From Macrostomum lignano (lineage: Eukaryota), in the NCBI GenBank assembly GCA_002269645.1, contig NIVC01000001.1, positions 1,364,001 through 1,428,000 on the forward strand: DNA of 64,000 bases. Reading direction: 5' to 3'. The notes under the pieces are model-generated. The model saw only the letters and a list, made by a program, of their open reading frames with translations. It was not told where the DNA came from and did not search any database. The position numbers and the translations under genes are program-made. Shown one piece after another: positions 23,801-42,941 of the stretch (the first letter of the stretch is position 1; every line of letters begins with the position of its first letter).

Positions 23801-26139
23801 TCCTCTCTCTCTCCAACTTCTCTTGCTCTCTCCACTGGATGTACATTTACTGCACGCCAATCAAAGTTCCTCTGTCTCTCTCTCCACTGGATGTACATTT
23901 ACTGCACGCCAATCAAATTTCCCCCCTCTCTCCCCACTGGATGTACATTTACTGCATGTCAATAAAATTTCCCCCGTTTCTCTCTCCACTGGATGTACAT
24001 TTACTGCACGCCAATCAAATTTCCCCCGTCTCTCTCTCCACTGGATGTACATTTACTGCACGCCAATCAAGTCCCCCCCTCTCTCTCCACTGAATGTACA
24101 TTTACTGCACGCCAATCAAGTTCCCCTCTCTCTCTCCACTGAATGTACATTTACTGCACGCCAATCAAGTTCCCCTCTCTCTCTCCACTGAATGTACATT
24201 TACTGCACGCCAATCAAGTTCCCCTCTCTCTCTCCACTGGATGTACATTTACTGCAGCACGCCAAACAAGTACCTCGCTCTCCCCACTGCATACCTGCAT
24301 ACCCTTCCTCATGCCTAATGAATCAAAACTTACGACATGCCGCTTTGCTTCCTTATCGATTCAAGTTCTCGAAATTTTCCCTTCACGAGTGCACTGAAGT
24401 AGCTGCTTAGTCTATAGCCCAATTAAGCCAAATCAATCTTCTGAAGTATTATCAATGCTATTGACGCAAAAAGTCCTTGCATAGTTGACGAGATTTTCTT
24501 AAGAAAACTGCAGCTCTCTCAGCATTAGCAGCACTCAGACAATCGATGACGCTGAGAAGCTATTTTAGCTACTGCTGTCAGGATCTCTACAACATAGGAT
24601 AGGAGAAAGCCGTCAATCGATTGAGGGTCTCACATCGAGCAGAATTGCTCAAGAGTCCAGTCTACGTATCGATGAATGGTTGCTGGATTGGCAAAATGGG
24701 CCCAGCAACTCACGAAAACCCAGCTTTTAAACCTGCTGCTTGCTGCTCCGCAGAAATAAGCACTATTCCTTAGTCGTCTTAAGTCTTTCTTGACTATCAA
24801 CGCAGTCAGAGCTCTGCGAAAGCGAAAGCGCCCTCTCTGCCCTCCGGCTCAACGAAAAAGAGGAGAGTTGCCATCGCCCCAGCCCACTTGTTCAGGGGCT
24901 TTTCTCTCAATTAACATTCCCAGGGCACTTCATTGCCTGCTGAGACCTTCAGAACTGCGCTTCCGGGATTCCTAGGCCAGGCGTGGTGTAGCGCCTGACC
25001 CAGCTGGGCCGCTTCTGTATTATTCATGTCCTGGGCTTAGGGATCTGAGGCCCCCTCAACTATTGTACCGAATTGCTATCTCGGTGGCTTGCCCAGCTGG
25101 AGTGATACCTGCCGGTGCTTTTGGCTCATTAACTTCAATAGAATGCTGACATTGGGGAGCATTGGGCAGTGAAGCAGTACAAGCTACCATTCCGCAAATC
25201 CACTGGCTTTGCAGTAACCTGCAGCGTTTTGTACTTTAATAATGAGCGAAATGCATGGAATGCTTCAGCCTTAAACATGGAACTCTTCTTGTCTGTTCTG
25301 ATCTGCTCTGCTTCTGCTTCTGTTTCTGCTTCTGTTTCTGTTTCTGCTTCTGCTTCTGTTTCTGTTTCTGCTTCTGTTTCTGTTTCTGCTTCTGCTTCTG
25401 TTTCTGCTTCTGCTTCTGTTTCTGTTTCTGTTTCTGTTTCTGTTTCTGCTTCTGCTTCTGTTTCTGCTTCTGCTTCTGTTTCTGTTTCTGTTTCTGTTTC
25501 TGCTTCTGTTTCTGTTTCTGCTTCTGCTTCTGTTTCTGCTTCTGCTTCTGCTTCTGCTTCTGCTTCTGCTTCTGTTTCTGTTTCTGTTTCTGTTTCTGCT
25601 TCTGTTTCTGTTTCTGTTTCGGCTTCTGCTTCTGTTTCTGCGTTCACCCGAGTGCCCACCTGAACCCCGGACGGCATCCCGCAGGCGTCATGCACGAGGA
25701 GATCCTGGAGCACATCCTGGCGCAGATCTTCCCACTGGGCAACGCGCACCTGTTCTCGCATTTCGTCTTCTGCTGCTTCGACGTCAACCGAACCGGCTCG
25801 GTGAACTTTGAGCAGTTCGTGCTCTGCCTGAACATCCTGCTGAAGGGCAGCCGGGAGGAGCGGCTGCGCTGGATCTTCAACATGTACGACATCAACAGGG
25901 ACGGCGAAATCAACCGGCGCGAGCTGCAGGAGCTTGTCGGCGCCGTTTTCGAATTGCTCGGCGCCCGAGTGCGACCGGCTGTGTCCCCCGGCGACATCGA
26001 ACGTCACACTGGCGAAGTTTTCTGTCGACTGGACACCGACGGCGACGGAGTGATCAGCTGGGAGGACTTCCGGGCTCACTTCCGCCGGAATCCGCAGCTG
26101 GCAGCCGGAATGGACGCCCTGCTCACCCCTATTGCTTGA
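17875..26139 (+). CDS. KChIP/calsenilin-like neuronal calcium sensor, ~282 aa; exons 17875-18268 and 25685-26139
   Basis: Exon 1 ends [19 protein letters not shown](G), matching the NCS-family CPxG disabled EF1. The phase-1 GT-AG intron joins to GVMHEE... with EF loops [24 protein letters not shown] and [12 protein letters not shown]. An N-terminal extension without a myristoyl Gly is KChIP-like. Confidence 0.88.
18345..18490. repeat. 25-bp minisatellite GGGGAGGCGGCTTATCAAAGAGATT (insertion target of the Gypsy element)
   Basis: Direct inspection. Degenerate units resume at 22832. Confidence 0.85.
18502..18736 (+). repeat. 5' LTR of Gypsy-1
   Basis: TGTTGTGACAG...CACAAAA, direct repeat of 22597-22831. 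Confidence 0.92.
18739..18748 (+). promoter_or_regulatory. Primer-binding site TGGCGACGAG (tRNA-Ser-like), overlapping the gag ATG
   Basis: Lies 2 nt after the LTR and is complementary to a tRNA 3' end CUCGUCGCCA (tRNA-Ser GCU, from memory). Confidence 0.7.
22582..22596 (+). promoter_or_regulatory. Polypurine tract of Gypsy-1
   Basis: Purine-only run ending GGGGAGAA immediately before the 3' LTR. Confidence 0.85.
22597..22831 (+). repeat. 3' LTR of Gypsy-1
   Basis: TGTTG...CAACA. Confidence 0.92.
23770..24260. repeat. ~50-bp minisatellite (CTCTCCACTGGATGTACATTTACTGCACGCCAATCAAG...)
   Basis: Direct inspection. Confidence 0.88.
25308..25640. repeat. Hexamer microsatellite (TTCTGC/TTCTGT)n upstream of the KChIP exon 2 acceptor
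   Basis: Direct inspection. Confidence 0.92.
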
Positions 26140-26419
26140 ATTGGAGGAGCTCAGGAGGCTTCGGTTGCATTGACAACTCAAGTAAAAGGGCGCTGTACCA
26201 AAGTATCAATCAAGTATCAAGCAAGTCCTTGGAAAAACGTTACTGAAGGTATATTATATTAAAATACAGCTGTGCTCTCTAAGTGGATGGTGAGACATTG
26301 TGACTTTTAATGAGATTTAAGATTTGCACGAGCTGCGGTGTAAGCTTGCCATGGACAGCTGAAGCAGAGGTCCCTGGACTCGCAATTCGTGCAAATCTTA
26401 CTGGAGGCCCCCAGGTATT

Positions 26420-26810
26420 CGCTTCTCTCCGTTTCTCCCTCTCCGTATCCCCCTCTCTGTATCTCCCTCTCTGTATCTCCCACTCTATATCTCCCTCTCT
26501 GTATCTCCCTCTCTGTATCTCCCTCTCTGTATCTCCCTCTCTGTATCTCCCTCTCTGTATCTCCCTCTCTGTATCTCCCACTCTCCGTATCTCCCTCTCC
26601 GCATCTCCCTCTCCGTATCTCCCTCTCTGTATCTCCCTCTCCGTATCTCCCTCTCTGTATCTCCCTCTCCGTATCTCCCTCTCTGTATCTCCCTCTCCGT
26701 ATCTCCCTCTCCGTATCTCCCTCTATGTATCTCCCTTTCTGTATCTCCCTCTCTGTATCTCCCTCTCCGTATCTCCCTCTCTGTATCTCCCTCTATGTAT
26801 CTCCCTTTCA
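26420..26810. repeat. 14-bp minisatellite GTATCTCCCTCTCT
   Basis: Direct inspection. A second array of the same family lies at 27850-28288. Confidence 0.9.
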
Positions 26811-27849
26811 TTCTCCTCAAACAAAGTCGCAACAAGTGACTTTTACGAACTTCTGAATTAAAATGAAAGCAAGTCGGAACGGGGATTTGCCATTGACAAG
26901 TTCCGTCGAGAAAAATCCCATTTACGAGTAAATGCTCATCAAAGTCAATCCCCAGATAATGGGCTGACAATCCTTCTCTCAGGACAGCTGCAATTTGATT
27001 GGCTGATTCCTACCCCCAGAGTCCCCTTATCGCCCTCGCCTATTTCAGATGAAATGTACAATTTTACAATTCACTTTGTGTTACTAAAAATAGCTCCCTC
27101 TCCCAGAACTGCAATATGATTGGCTGATGCACATCGTTAAGCCAAAATAACTTCGACCTCCTCTGCCCTCAAACTTTAATGGGAAATTCATATCATACAT
27201 GTATATCACTTAAATTTATTAATTATTATTTTATTATTAACTTCTACTAAGCGTCTCTAATATTTGCTCTGATAGTGATATTACCGTCTATTCATTTCTC
27301 TCCTTTGTTACAATATATTTTTTTAGAAAATTTCAATACTATATTATAAAAATAAATGTATAAATCATTCAAGAATGTAAAATCCAACAAATCTACGAGA
27401 TTTTTGTAATTTGTGAGCAACACTCCATTCACCGCGATGTGGGTACACTCAATACCACTCCCCCATTTTTAATCATCCCTCAGACTTTTCCGTGTAATCA
27501 ATTATAAAACTGAAAATATTCTGCCTACACTACTGCATCTACTGAAATAAGTAGCGCTTTAGATTTATGATTTTTGAAAAAATCTCTTTGAAAAAAAAAG
27601 TTATGGTAACTTCGGATTTCAAATCAAGCCGTTCATGACGCCAAAGTTGAATTCGCAGCGAGAAAAATTTTATTTAATAATTAATTCGTGCTCCTTCAAA
27701 GTAGGCAGATGTTGCAGAACAGGCTGCCATTGTTAACAATTGCTGACATCCTTTTCAGTTGCTGTCGGTAATCGAATTCCAGCTCTGCGGATGGCGCTCT
27801 GAAGTGCAGTTTGGAGCGGAGCATCAAGTTCCCTTGCGAGTGTTCCTTT

Positions 27850-28288
27850 CCATATCTCCCTCTCTGTATCTCCCTCTCAGTATCTCCTTCTCCGTATCTC
27901 CCACTCTGTATCTCCCTCTCTATATCTCCCTCTCAGTATCTCCCTCTCAGTATCTCCCTCTCAGTATCTCCCTCTCCGTATCTCCCTCTCAGTATCTCCC
28001 TCTCAGTATCTCCCTCTCCGTATCTCCCTCTCAGTATCTCCCTCTCCGTATATCCCTCTCCGTATCTCCCTCTCCGTATCTCCCTCTCCGTATCTCCCTC
28101 TCAGTATCTCCCTCTCAGTATATCCCTCTCCGTATCTCCCTCTCCGTATATCCCTCTCCGTATCTCCCTCTCAGTATCTCCCTCTCAGTATATCCCTCTC
28201 CGTATCTCCCTCTCCGTATATCCCTCTCCGTATCTCCCTCTCCGTATCTCCCTCTCCGTATCTCCCTCTCAGTATCTCCCTCTCTCCG
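27850..28288. repeat. 14-bp minisatellite GTATCTCCCTCTC(A/C)
   Basis: Direct inspection. Confidence 0.9.
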
Positions 28289-28695
28289 TAGATTTCTTCG
28301 GCTGCTATTGGCAATAGTTTTCTTAATCAGCAAACTTGAAGGCTCCTATTCTGCTGTCCAAGCCTGAAGCCCAGTTCAATTCATTGGTTGATGACTCAAC
28401 CCCCCCCCCCCCTATTGAGCGTTTCTGTCTAAAAAGTTGCCTTTTAGCTTTTCTAATAACTGAAGTCGGACCAGACGTGAATACTGGGATTGGGATAATT
28501 TCCCGAAACGAAAAACTCCACGTTGCTACATATGGATGATGTTGAGCAATATGGGAGCTCACTGCAATTTCTCAGTTTTGGTGGTGGCTAATTAGTATTA
28601 ATTCCTCCAATTATACAAGTAACCTAATCTGCAGGTGCTAGATTAGCAATCCATTCTGAGTTCAACTGAATCGCCGAATTGAAACACGGACTTAC

Positions 28696-29098
28696 CCTCG
28701 GCTATCTCAATCAGCTTCATTTCTAATAGATGTTCAGCGACATTGCCGAATCGAGCCTCGGACCTCTTCCTGCCCGGGTGCCACGAGTTGTGAAAGTGGA
28801 CACTGCGGAAGTAGGCGGGCCGGTCTTCGGAGGAGCCGCCGCCCCCGCCGCCGCCGCCCCCGCTGCTGCCACCCCCGCCGCCAGCCGGAGTCATCGACTG
28901 CTGCGGCTGCTGACTGCGACAGGCCGGTCCCCAGCTTCTGCACGGCATCAGGTTGAAGAAGCGTCGAGCTCTCGACAAAGTTGGCGAAGCCGAAGATGGC
29001 GGAGCAGCTAGACAGAGGCCTGTCAGCAGCAGCAGCAGCAGCAGCAAGTGCAGCGGCGGCTGTCGTTGGTACAGCACGCCATCGGCTGGCGAAGGCAT
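28696..29098 (-). CDS. Neuropeptide precursor, first coding exon (Cys-loop peptide plus GnRH/corazonin-like amidated peptide)
   Basis: ATG at 29098; signal peptide [16 protein letters not shown]; RR-FFNLMPCRSWGPAC-R; Gly/Ser spacer; R-SVHFHNSWHP-G-RKR. GTAAGT donor after 28696; the downstream exon is not securely located. Confidence 0.78.
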
Positions 29099-29404
29099 GG
29101 CTGATGATGGACTAGTTTGAGCCGGCTGGTTCAATTGGATGACAGTCTCCGGGTCAGGCCTTCCAGGTTGATGGCGAAGTTCGCGAGGGGCGGCTTGATT
29201 TTATTTTTGGCAGAGGGAATGCCCGGGGAATCAGGGGGATTGGCTGAGCTGAGTTGATTGGCAAACTGGGAGTCGGGCCACTCATCCACTCGCTGCACCT
29301 GGCTGCGATCACAGAAAATTGTTTCGAGTCACTGTTAGCCAACTCTGAGTTGATGTGAAACCTGGCTTGGAGCAGCTGAGGAACAAAAATGGCTCACTGA
29401 TTTC

Positions 29405-29705
29405 TGTTTCTCCGCCATTCACTTTGTCACTTTTTATCTTGTCACTTTCCACCTTGTCAGGTTCCACCTTGTCAGGTTCCACCTTGTTAGGTTCCGTCTT
29501 GTCACTCTCTACCTTGCCAGGTTCCGTCTTGTCACTCTCTACCTTGCCAGGTTCCGTCTTGTCAGGTTCCACCTTGTCAGGTTCCACCTTGTCAGGTTCC
29601 GTCTTGTCACTCTCCACCTTGTCAGGTTCCGTCTTGTCACTCTCCACCTTGTCAGGTTCCGTCTTGTCACTCTCCACCTTGTCAGGTTCCGTCTTGTCAC
29701 TCCCT
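29405..29705. repeat. Minisatellite of CCTTGTCAGGTTCC / GTCTTGTCACTCTCCA units
   Basis: Direct inspection. Confidence 0.85.
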
Positions 29706-30499
29706 TCCTCGTCACTCTAGCTCTCTATACGGTCTCCGCACATCCCCTGCCTCTCTAATTAAGAAAAGATCAGGTAAAGTTCAGGTAAACCCATCATAGA
29801 ATCTGTCAGTGAGCGGCGTTCATGAGGCACGGAGTTCAATGGGGATCTATGAGGATTTATAAAGCCGGTTAATTTTGATAATTTGATTACTCGTACATGT
29901 TACTGACATTCCGTGCCCAATCCTGGCAACACGCAGAGCTCATGTATTTTTAACTTCATCATAGCAAAAATGATTATAAAAAAGCCAATCTCCCTGTTTA
30001 GAGGCGGGCCCAGTGCAAGCTTCTAATTTTGGCATCAATCCGACGTCATCTGCAGGCTCCGATTCAGCGCATTCAGAAACGGTTGGATGGATGAATGGAT
30101 CACGAGAACGGGAAGGGGCCGGTTGAGTGCGGAAGAGTTTAGCTGACACAAATTGGCTCAGAGCCAAGCTGCATGAGGCCCCGCGCTCTGGCGCAGAGCG
30201 CCATCAAGCTCAGTTGAAGCTCAGTCACCCAGTGCAGCTGCACAGATTGACTGACAGGTCTGCAGCTGGGGCTAACGGACCGTCCAAGGGCGCGGGCCTC
30301 GCGGCTCGCCCACGCATGCCTTGGGGGGGGGGGGAGTTAGGGAACAACACACCTACGCTTTTGCCCTGAGGCGATTCTGCCCTGAGAGACTGACTGGGCG
30401 GGCTCGAAGAGACGATGAAGAGACAAGCTGAGGGATTTGTATAGGAACGCTTGAAACTAAGAGAGATGGATGAATATGAAAGAGATCGAGAGGATGACA

Positions 30500-32400
30500 A
30501 AGAGAGAGGAGATGGCGAAAGGAGATGGGGATGGAGGCGGAGGGAGGTGGAGAGGGAGGCGGAGGGAGGGAGATGGAGAGGGAGGCGGAGGGAGGTGGAG
30601 AGGGAGGCGGAGGGAGGTGGAGAGGGAGGCGGAGGGAGGGAGATGGAGAGGGAGGCGGAGGGAGGGAGATGGAGAGGGAGGCGGAGGGAGGTGGAGAGGG
30701 AGGCGGAGGGAGGTGGAGAGGGAGGCGGAGGGAGGGAGATGGAGAGGGAGGCGGAGGGAGGGAGATGGAGAGGGAGGCGGAGGGAGGTGGAGAGGGAGGC
30801 GGAGGGAGGTGGAGAGGGAGGCGGAGGGAGGGAGATGGAGAGGGAGGCGGAGGGAGGTGGAGAGGGAGGCGGAGGGAGGGAGATGGAGAGGGAGGCGGAG
30901 GGAGGTGGAGAGGGAGGCGGAGGGAGGTGGAGAGGGAGGCGGAGGGAGGGAGATGGAGAGGGAGGCGGAGGGAGGTGGAGAGGGAGGCGGAGGGAGGTGG
31001 AGAGGGAGGCGGAGGGAGGGAGATGGAGAGGGAGGCGGAGGGAGGGAGATGGAGAGGGAGGCGGAGGGAGGTGGAGAGGGAGGCGGAGGGAGGTGGAGAG
31101 GGAGGCGGAGGGAGGGAGATGGAGAGGGAGGCGGAGGGAGGGAGATGGAGAGGGAGGCGGAGGGAGGTGGAGAGGGAGGCGGAGGGAGGTGGAGAGGGAG
31201 GCGGAGGGAGGGAGATGGAGAGGGAGGCGGAGGGAGGTGGAGAGGGAGGCGGAGGGAGGTGGAGAGGGAGGCGGAGGGAGGGAGATGGAGAGGGAGGCGG
31301 AGGGAGGTGGAGAGGGAGGCGGAGGGAGGGAGATGGAGAGGGAGGCGGAGGGAGGTGGAGAGGGAGGCGGAGGGAGGTGGAGAGGGAGGCGGAGGGAGGG
31401 AGATGGAGAGGGAGGCGGAGGGAGGTGGAGAGGGAGGCGGAGGGAGGTGGAGAGGGAGGCGGAGGGAGGGAGATGGAGAGGGAGGCGGAGGGAGGTGGAG
31501 AGGGAGGCAGTGGGAGGGAGATGGAGAGGGAGGCGGAGGGAGATGGAGAGGGAGGCGGAGGGAGATGGAGAGGGAGGCGGAGGGAGATGGAGAGGGAGGC
31601 GGAGGGAGATGGAGAGGGAGGCAGAGAGACTGAGGGGGAGACGGAGATGGAGAGGGAGGCAGAGAGACTGAGGGGGAGACGGAGATGGAGAGGGAGGCAG
31701 AGAGACTGAGGGGGAGACGGAGATGGAGAGGGAGGCGGAGGGAGATGGAGAGGGAGGCGGAGGGAGATGGAGAGGGAGGCGGAGGGAGATGGAGAGGGAG
31801 GCAGAGAGACTGAGGGGGAGACGGAGATGGGAGGGAGGCAGAGAGACTGAGGGGGAGACGGAGATGGAGAGGGAGGCGGAGGGAGATGGAGAGGGAGGCG
31901 GAGGGAGATGGAGAGGGAGGCGGAGGGAGATGGAGAGGGAGGCAGAGAGACTGAGGGGGAGACGGAGATAGAGAGGGAGGCAGAGAGACTGAGGGGGAGA
32001 CGGAGATGGAGAGGGAGGCAGAGAGACTGAGGGGGAGACGGAGATGGAGAGGGAGGCAGAGAGACTGAGGGGGAGACGGAGATGGAGAGGGAGGCAGAGA
32101 GACTGAGGGGGAGACGGAGATGGAGAGGGAGGCAGAGAGACTGAGGGGGAGACGGAGATGGAGAGGGAGGCAGAGAGACTGAGGGGGAGACGGAGATGGA
32201 GAGGGAGGCAGAGAGACTGAGGGGGAGACGGAGATGGAGAGGGAGGCAGAGAGACTGAGGGGGAGACGGAGATGGAGAGGGAGGCAGAGAGACTGAGGGG
32301 GAGACGGAGATGGAGAGGGAGGCAGAGAGACTGAGGGGGAGACGGAGATGGAGAGGGAGGCAGAGAGACTGAGGGGGAGACGGAGATGGAGAGGGATAGG
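30500..32400. repeat. 1.9-kb G/A-rich composite minisatellite (GGAGAGGGAGGCGGAGGGAG...)
   Basis: Direct inspection. The long ORFs here are repeat artefacts. Confidence 0.93.
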
Positions 32401-33163
32401 CATAGAGGTGCAGTCGCACAAAAATAATGGCTACATATTGCAGGTAAAAGTTATGTAAGAAACAATGGCGTGATCACATCATCAAAACCGTGTGTGGGGG
32501 GGGGTGGCATTTCCGCACAGGACAGCAGCTGATCAAGTGCTTGGTTGTCAACAGCAGCAGCTTGAGCTACTCATGCAGATTAAACAGATGAAGCAGCTAC
32601 CTTGGCCGTTGCCATTGGTGCCCGAGCCCAAACAGTCGCCAAGGCGGAAAGTGCAGGGAAATCCAAATGAGAGAATGAGCTGAGAGCGTGATGTAAAAGC
32701 ATGAAAAAAGCAAACCATGCAATGAACACTGGAAGCTCCATGCCACATGTACTGCAGAGCGCAACAGCCCAATTATGGAATTATTATTCATAAAATTTAT
32801 TTATCTCAATAATCGCGGTGGCCTAAGAAATAATAAACAAATTTGGTGCTTCTAAGCTTCTGCAGGTTGCCGGGCAATGATTTGCTCCTCAGAAAAGATT
32901 TGATCGAAGCTTATAAACATAACTGAAGGTATAGTGGCGGAAAACCCATGGAATATTGAAGAAAACACAGTTAGCAAAATCAGGCAGTTCCCAGTGAAAC
33001 TGGATGAAGCAATATCAGTGGAAGCAACAGGTGGAGCAGGTGAGAGGAAAAAACAATGCTGGACAGCTGTTGGTTCGATGCCAGACGCCGCAGGCGCTGG
33101 GGTCAGTACGCAATTTACAGTTTACATACAGTAGATGGGTCACTCAGCACATTTGCGTGTAAG

Positions 33164-33506
33164 CTACTTTCAGTTCAGTAGTAAGTTAAACTGAAGCATT
33201 TTTTTGTATTTTTAAAGCCAAGGCTCTTTTTATTGGCTCTTACCCCCCCAGCCTTAAACCCTCCAACCGCGCATTTCCACACTACCCCCCGCCTTGCCCA
33301 ATTTTTATTGCCCTTCTCGGAATTCCAGCCTAAAGCTGCCATGTACATTTCAGTGGACTCGCTAATGTACATTACTGCTGAACCAATTAGCAAGCTGTTT
33401 ACGCCTGCAAGCTTGTAGGCTTCTAAACTTATCAAAGTCATTTCAATTGCCTTTATTTTTATAAAATAGCTTATGTATTCTTCTTTTGCTACTGAACTGA
33501 AAGTAG
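33164..33506. mobile_element. MITE-like element (343 bp)
   Basis: Perfect 18-bp inverted repeat CTACTTTCAGTTCAGTAG (33164-33181) / CTACTGAACTGAAAGTAG (33489-33506), non-coding interior. TSD only imperfect (TAAG/AAAG). Confidence 0.5.
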
Positions 33507-34369
33507 AAAGCTGCTTTACCATCTTGCTATTCTAGTATCTGTGCAGTACACTGGATACAGGTACAGATGAGTGAGATCTATTTGAGGGGGGCTAAATCAC
33601 AGTTTCTAGCAAATTCTCAACAATGATTAACAATAATAAAAAACCAGAGTAGATAATAAAAGTACATGTGGATTACTAATCAGAGTTGGAGATTATGACA
33701 GAAATTGCTTAATAAATGCTAATTAATCAAACCAGTTCACAGGCTTAACTAACAAATTTTTGTTATAATAAGATTTTAGCTTTAGATATTAATATAAATC
33801 ATTTACGCAGTAAATTTACACACGATAATTAAGGTAATTTTGCATAAATATATGCTACTACACTACTACAGATAAGTAGCATTAGTAAAAAACAAAAATA
33901 GAAATGTTTTTATATACCTTAAAAAAGATATGTAAAAGAGAAAAAATTGGTTTGAGATTGTAGTCCCAATGAGCAGTTCACTTGGTCATGGTTTCTTAGA
34001 AAACCGACGAGATCTAGACAGCGCGCAAAATGAGCAGCAAAATTTTTAGATAGGGAATTTTTTTCAGCTAGATAGGGTATCTTTGTCAACTATATAGATA
34101 TTGGTAATTAGCTTCAACTCGATAGGGAATTATTTTGAACAAGATAGGGAATTATCCTAAAATAGACGGGGAATTATCTAGGGTTAGATGGGAAACTATT
34201 TAGAATTAGGTGGGGAATTATTGCAAACTAGATGGAGAATTATGGTCAGATTAATCAGCTAGATATCCGCTACAGTCAGTTGGATGGGAGTCGCACACGA
34301 ATACACGAACAAAACCGATAGGGCCGTTGACAAATTGAGGCCGGAGTCAAACGGGGGTCACACGCGGGG

Positions 34370-41968
<7,599 letters not shown>

Positions 41969-42009
41969 CTGAGGAGATAAGGAAACGATGGGGAGATGAG
42001 AAGACGACT

Positions 42010-42139
42010 AACTATATGGTTAAAGGGACTAGCAAACTAACTGACTGATTAACTAGCTAACTGACTAGCTAAATAACTAACTAACTAACTAGCAAACTAA
42101 CTAACTAACTAACTAGCTAACTAACTAGCTAACTAACTG

Positions 42140-42191
<52 letters not shown>

Positions 42192-42268
42192 GCTATCTAA
42201 CTAACTAGCTAACGAACTAGCTAACTAACAAATTAAATACAATAACTAACTAACTAACTAGCTAGCTG

Positions 42269-42364
<96 letters not shown>

Positions 42365-42520
42365 GCTAACTAACTAACTAACTAACTAGCTAACTAACTA
42401 ATTAAATAACTAGCTAGCTAACTAACTAGCTAACTAACTAAATAACTAACTAACTAACTAACTAATTAAATAACTAACTAACTAACTAATTAACTAACTA
42501 ATTAACTAACTAACTAACTT

Positions 42521-42586
<66 letters not shown>

Positions 42587-42590
42587 ATTA
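42010..42590. repeat. (TAAC)n microsatellite
   Basis: Direct inspection. Confidence 0.93.
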
Positions 42591-42591
42591 A

Positions 42592-42795
42592 TGTGATGCT
42601 CTGCTGGCAACTCTAGTGCTTGATGAATAACGAAGCTCGTATCTTGCTTTGCTTGTTTATTTGGCTTTAGGACCACATTAATGCTAGCGGGGCTTGTAAC
42701 AAGATTATGAAACTAGGACACTTATATATTAGGAAGGGATGAGGGAGGCGGCATTTTGGCGCAGCGGCCATAGACTATTGCACGAGCGTATGTCA
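42592..42795 (-). repeat. 3' LTR of Gypsy-2
   Basis: Minus strand TGACATACG...CATCACA, preceded by PPT GGAGGGAGA. Confidence 0.8.
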
Positions 42796-42941
42796 TGTCT
42801 CCCTCCAGAAGGAAAGAGTTGAACTGTTTCCGAACAATGTAAACTTTATGTTAGGAACTCAACAGATAACTAATTCAAATTCAGCGTGTCAGGTTTCATT
42901 TTGGTTACTCGTAATGTGTAGCTAATGCGTTTTTTTAGCAG

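Noticed and set aside
27740-27800. Candidate last exon of the neuropeptide precursor (TTCAG|AGCGCC..., giving ERHPQSWNSITDSN-stop)
   Set aside because: Phase-compatible but unsupported by homology or any other evidence; not called.
30353-32421. Very long Pro/Ser- and Gly/Glu/Arg-rich ORFs (up to 688 aa) on both strands
   Set aside because: They are open only because the G/A minisatellite lacks stops. No splice or domain evidence. The same applies to repeat ORFs at 3764-4549, 6740-7315, 8346-9107, 14763-15414, 25135-25663 and 26310-28367.
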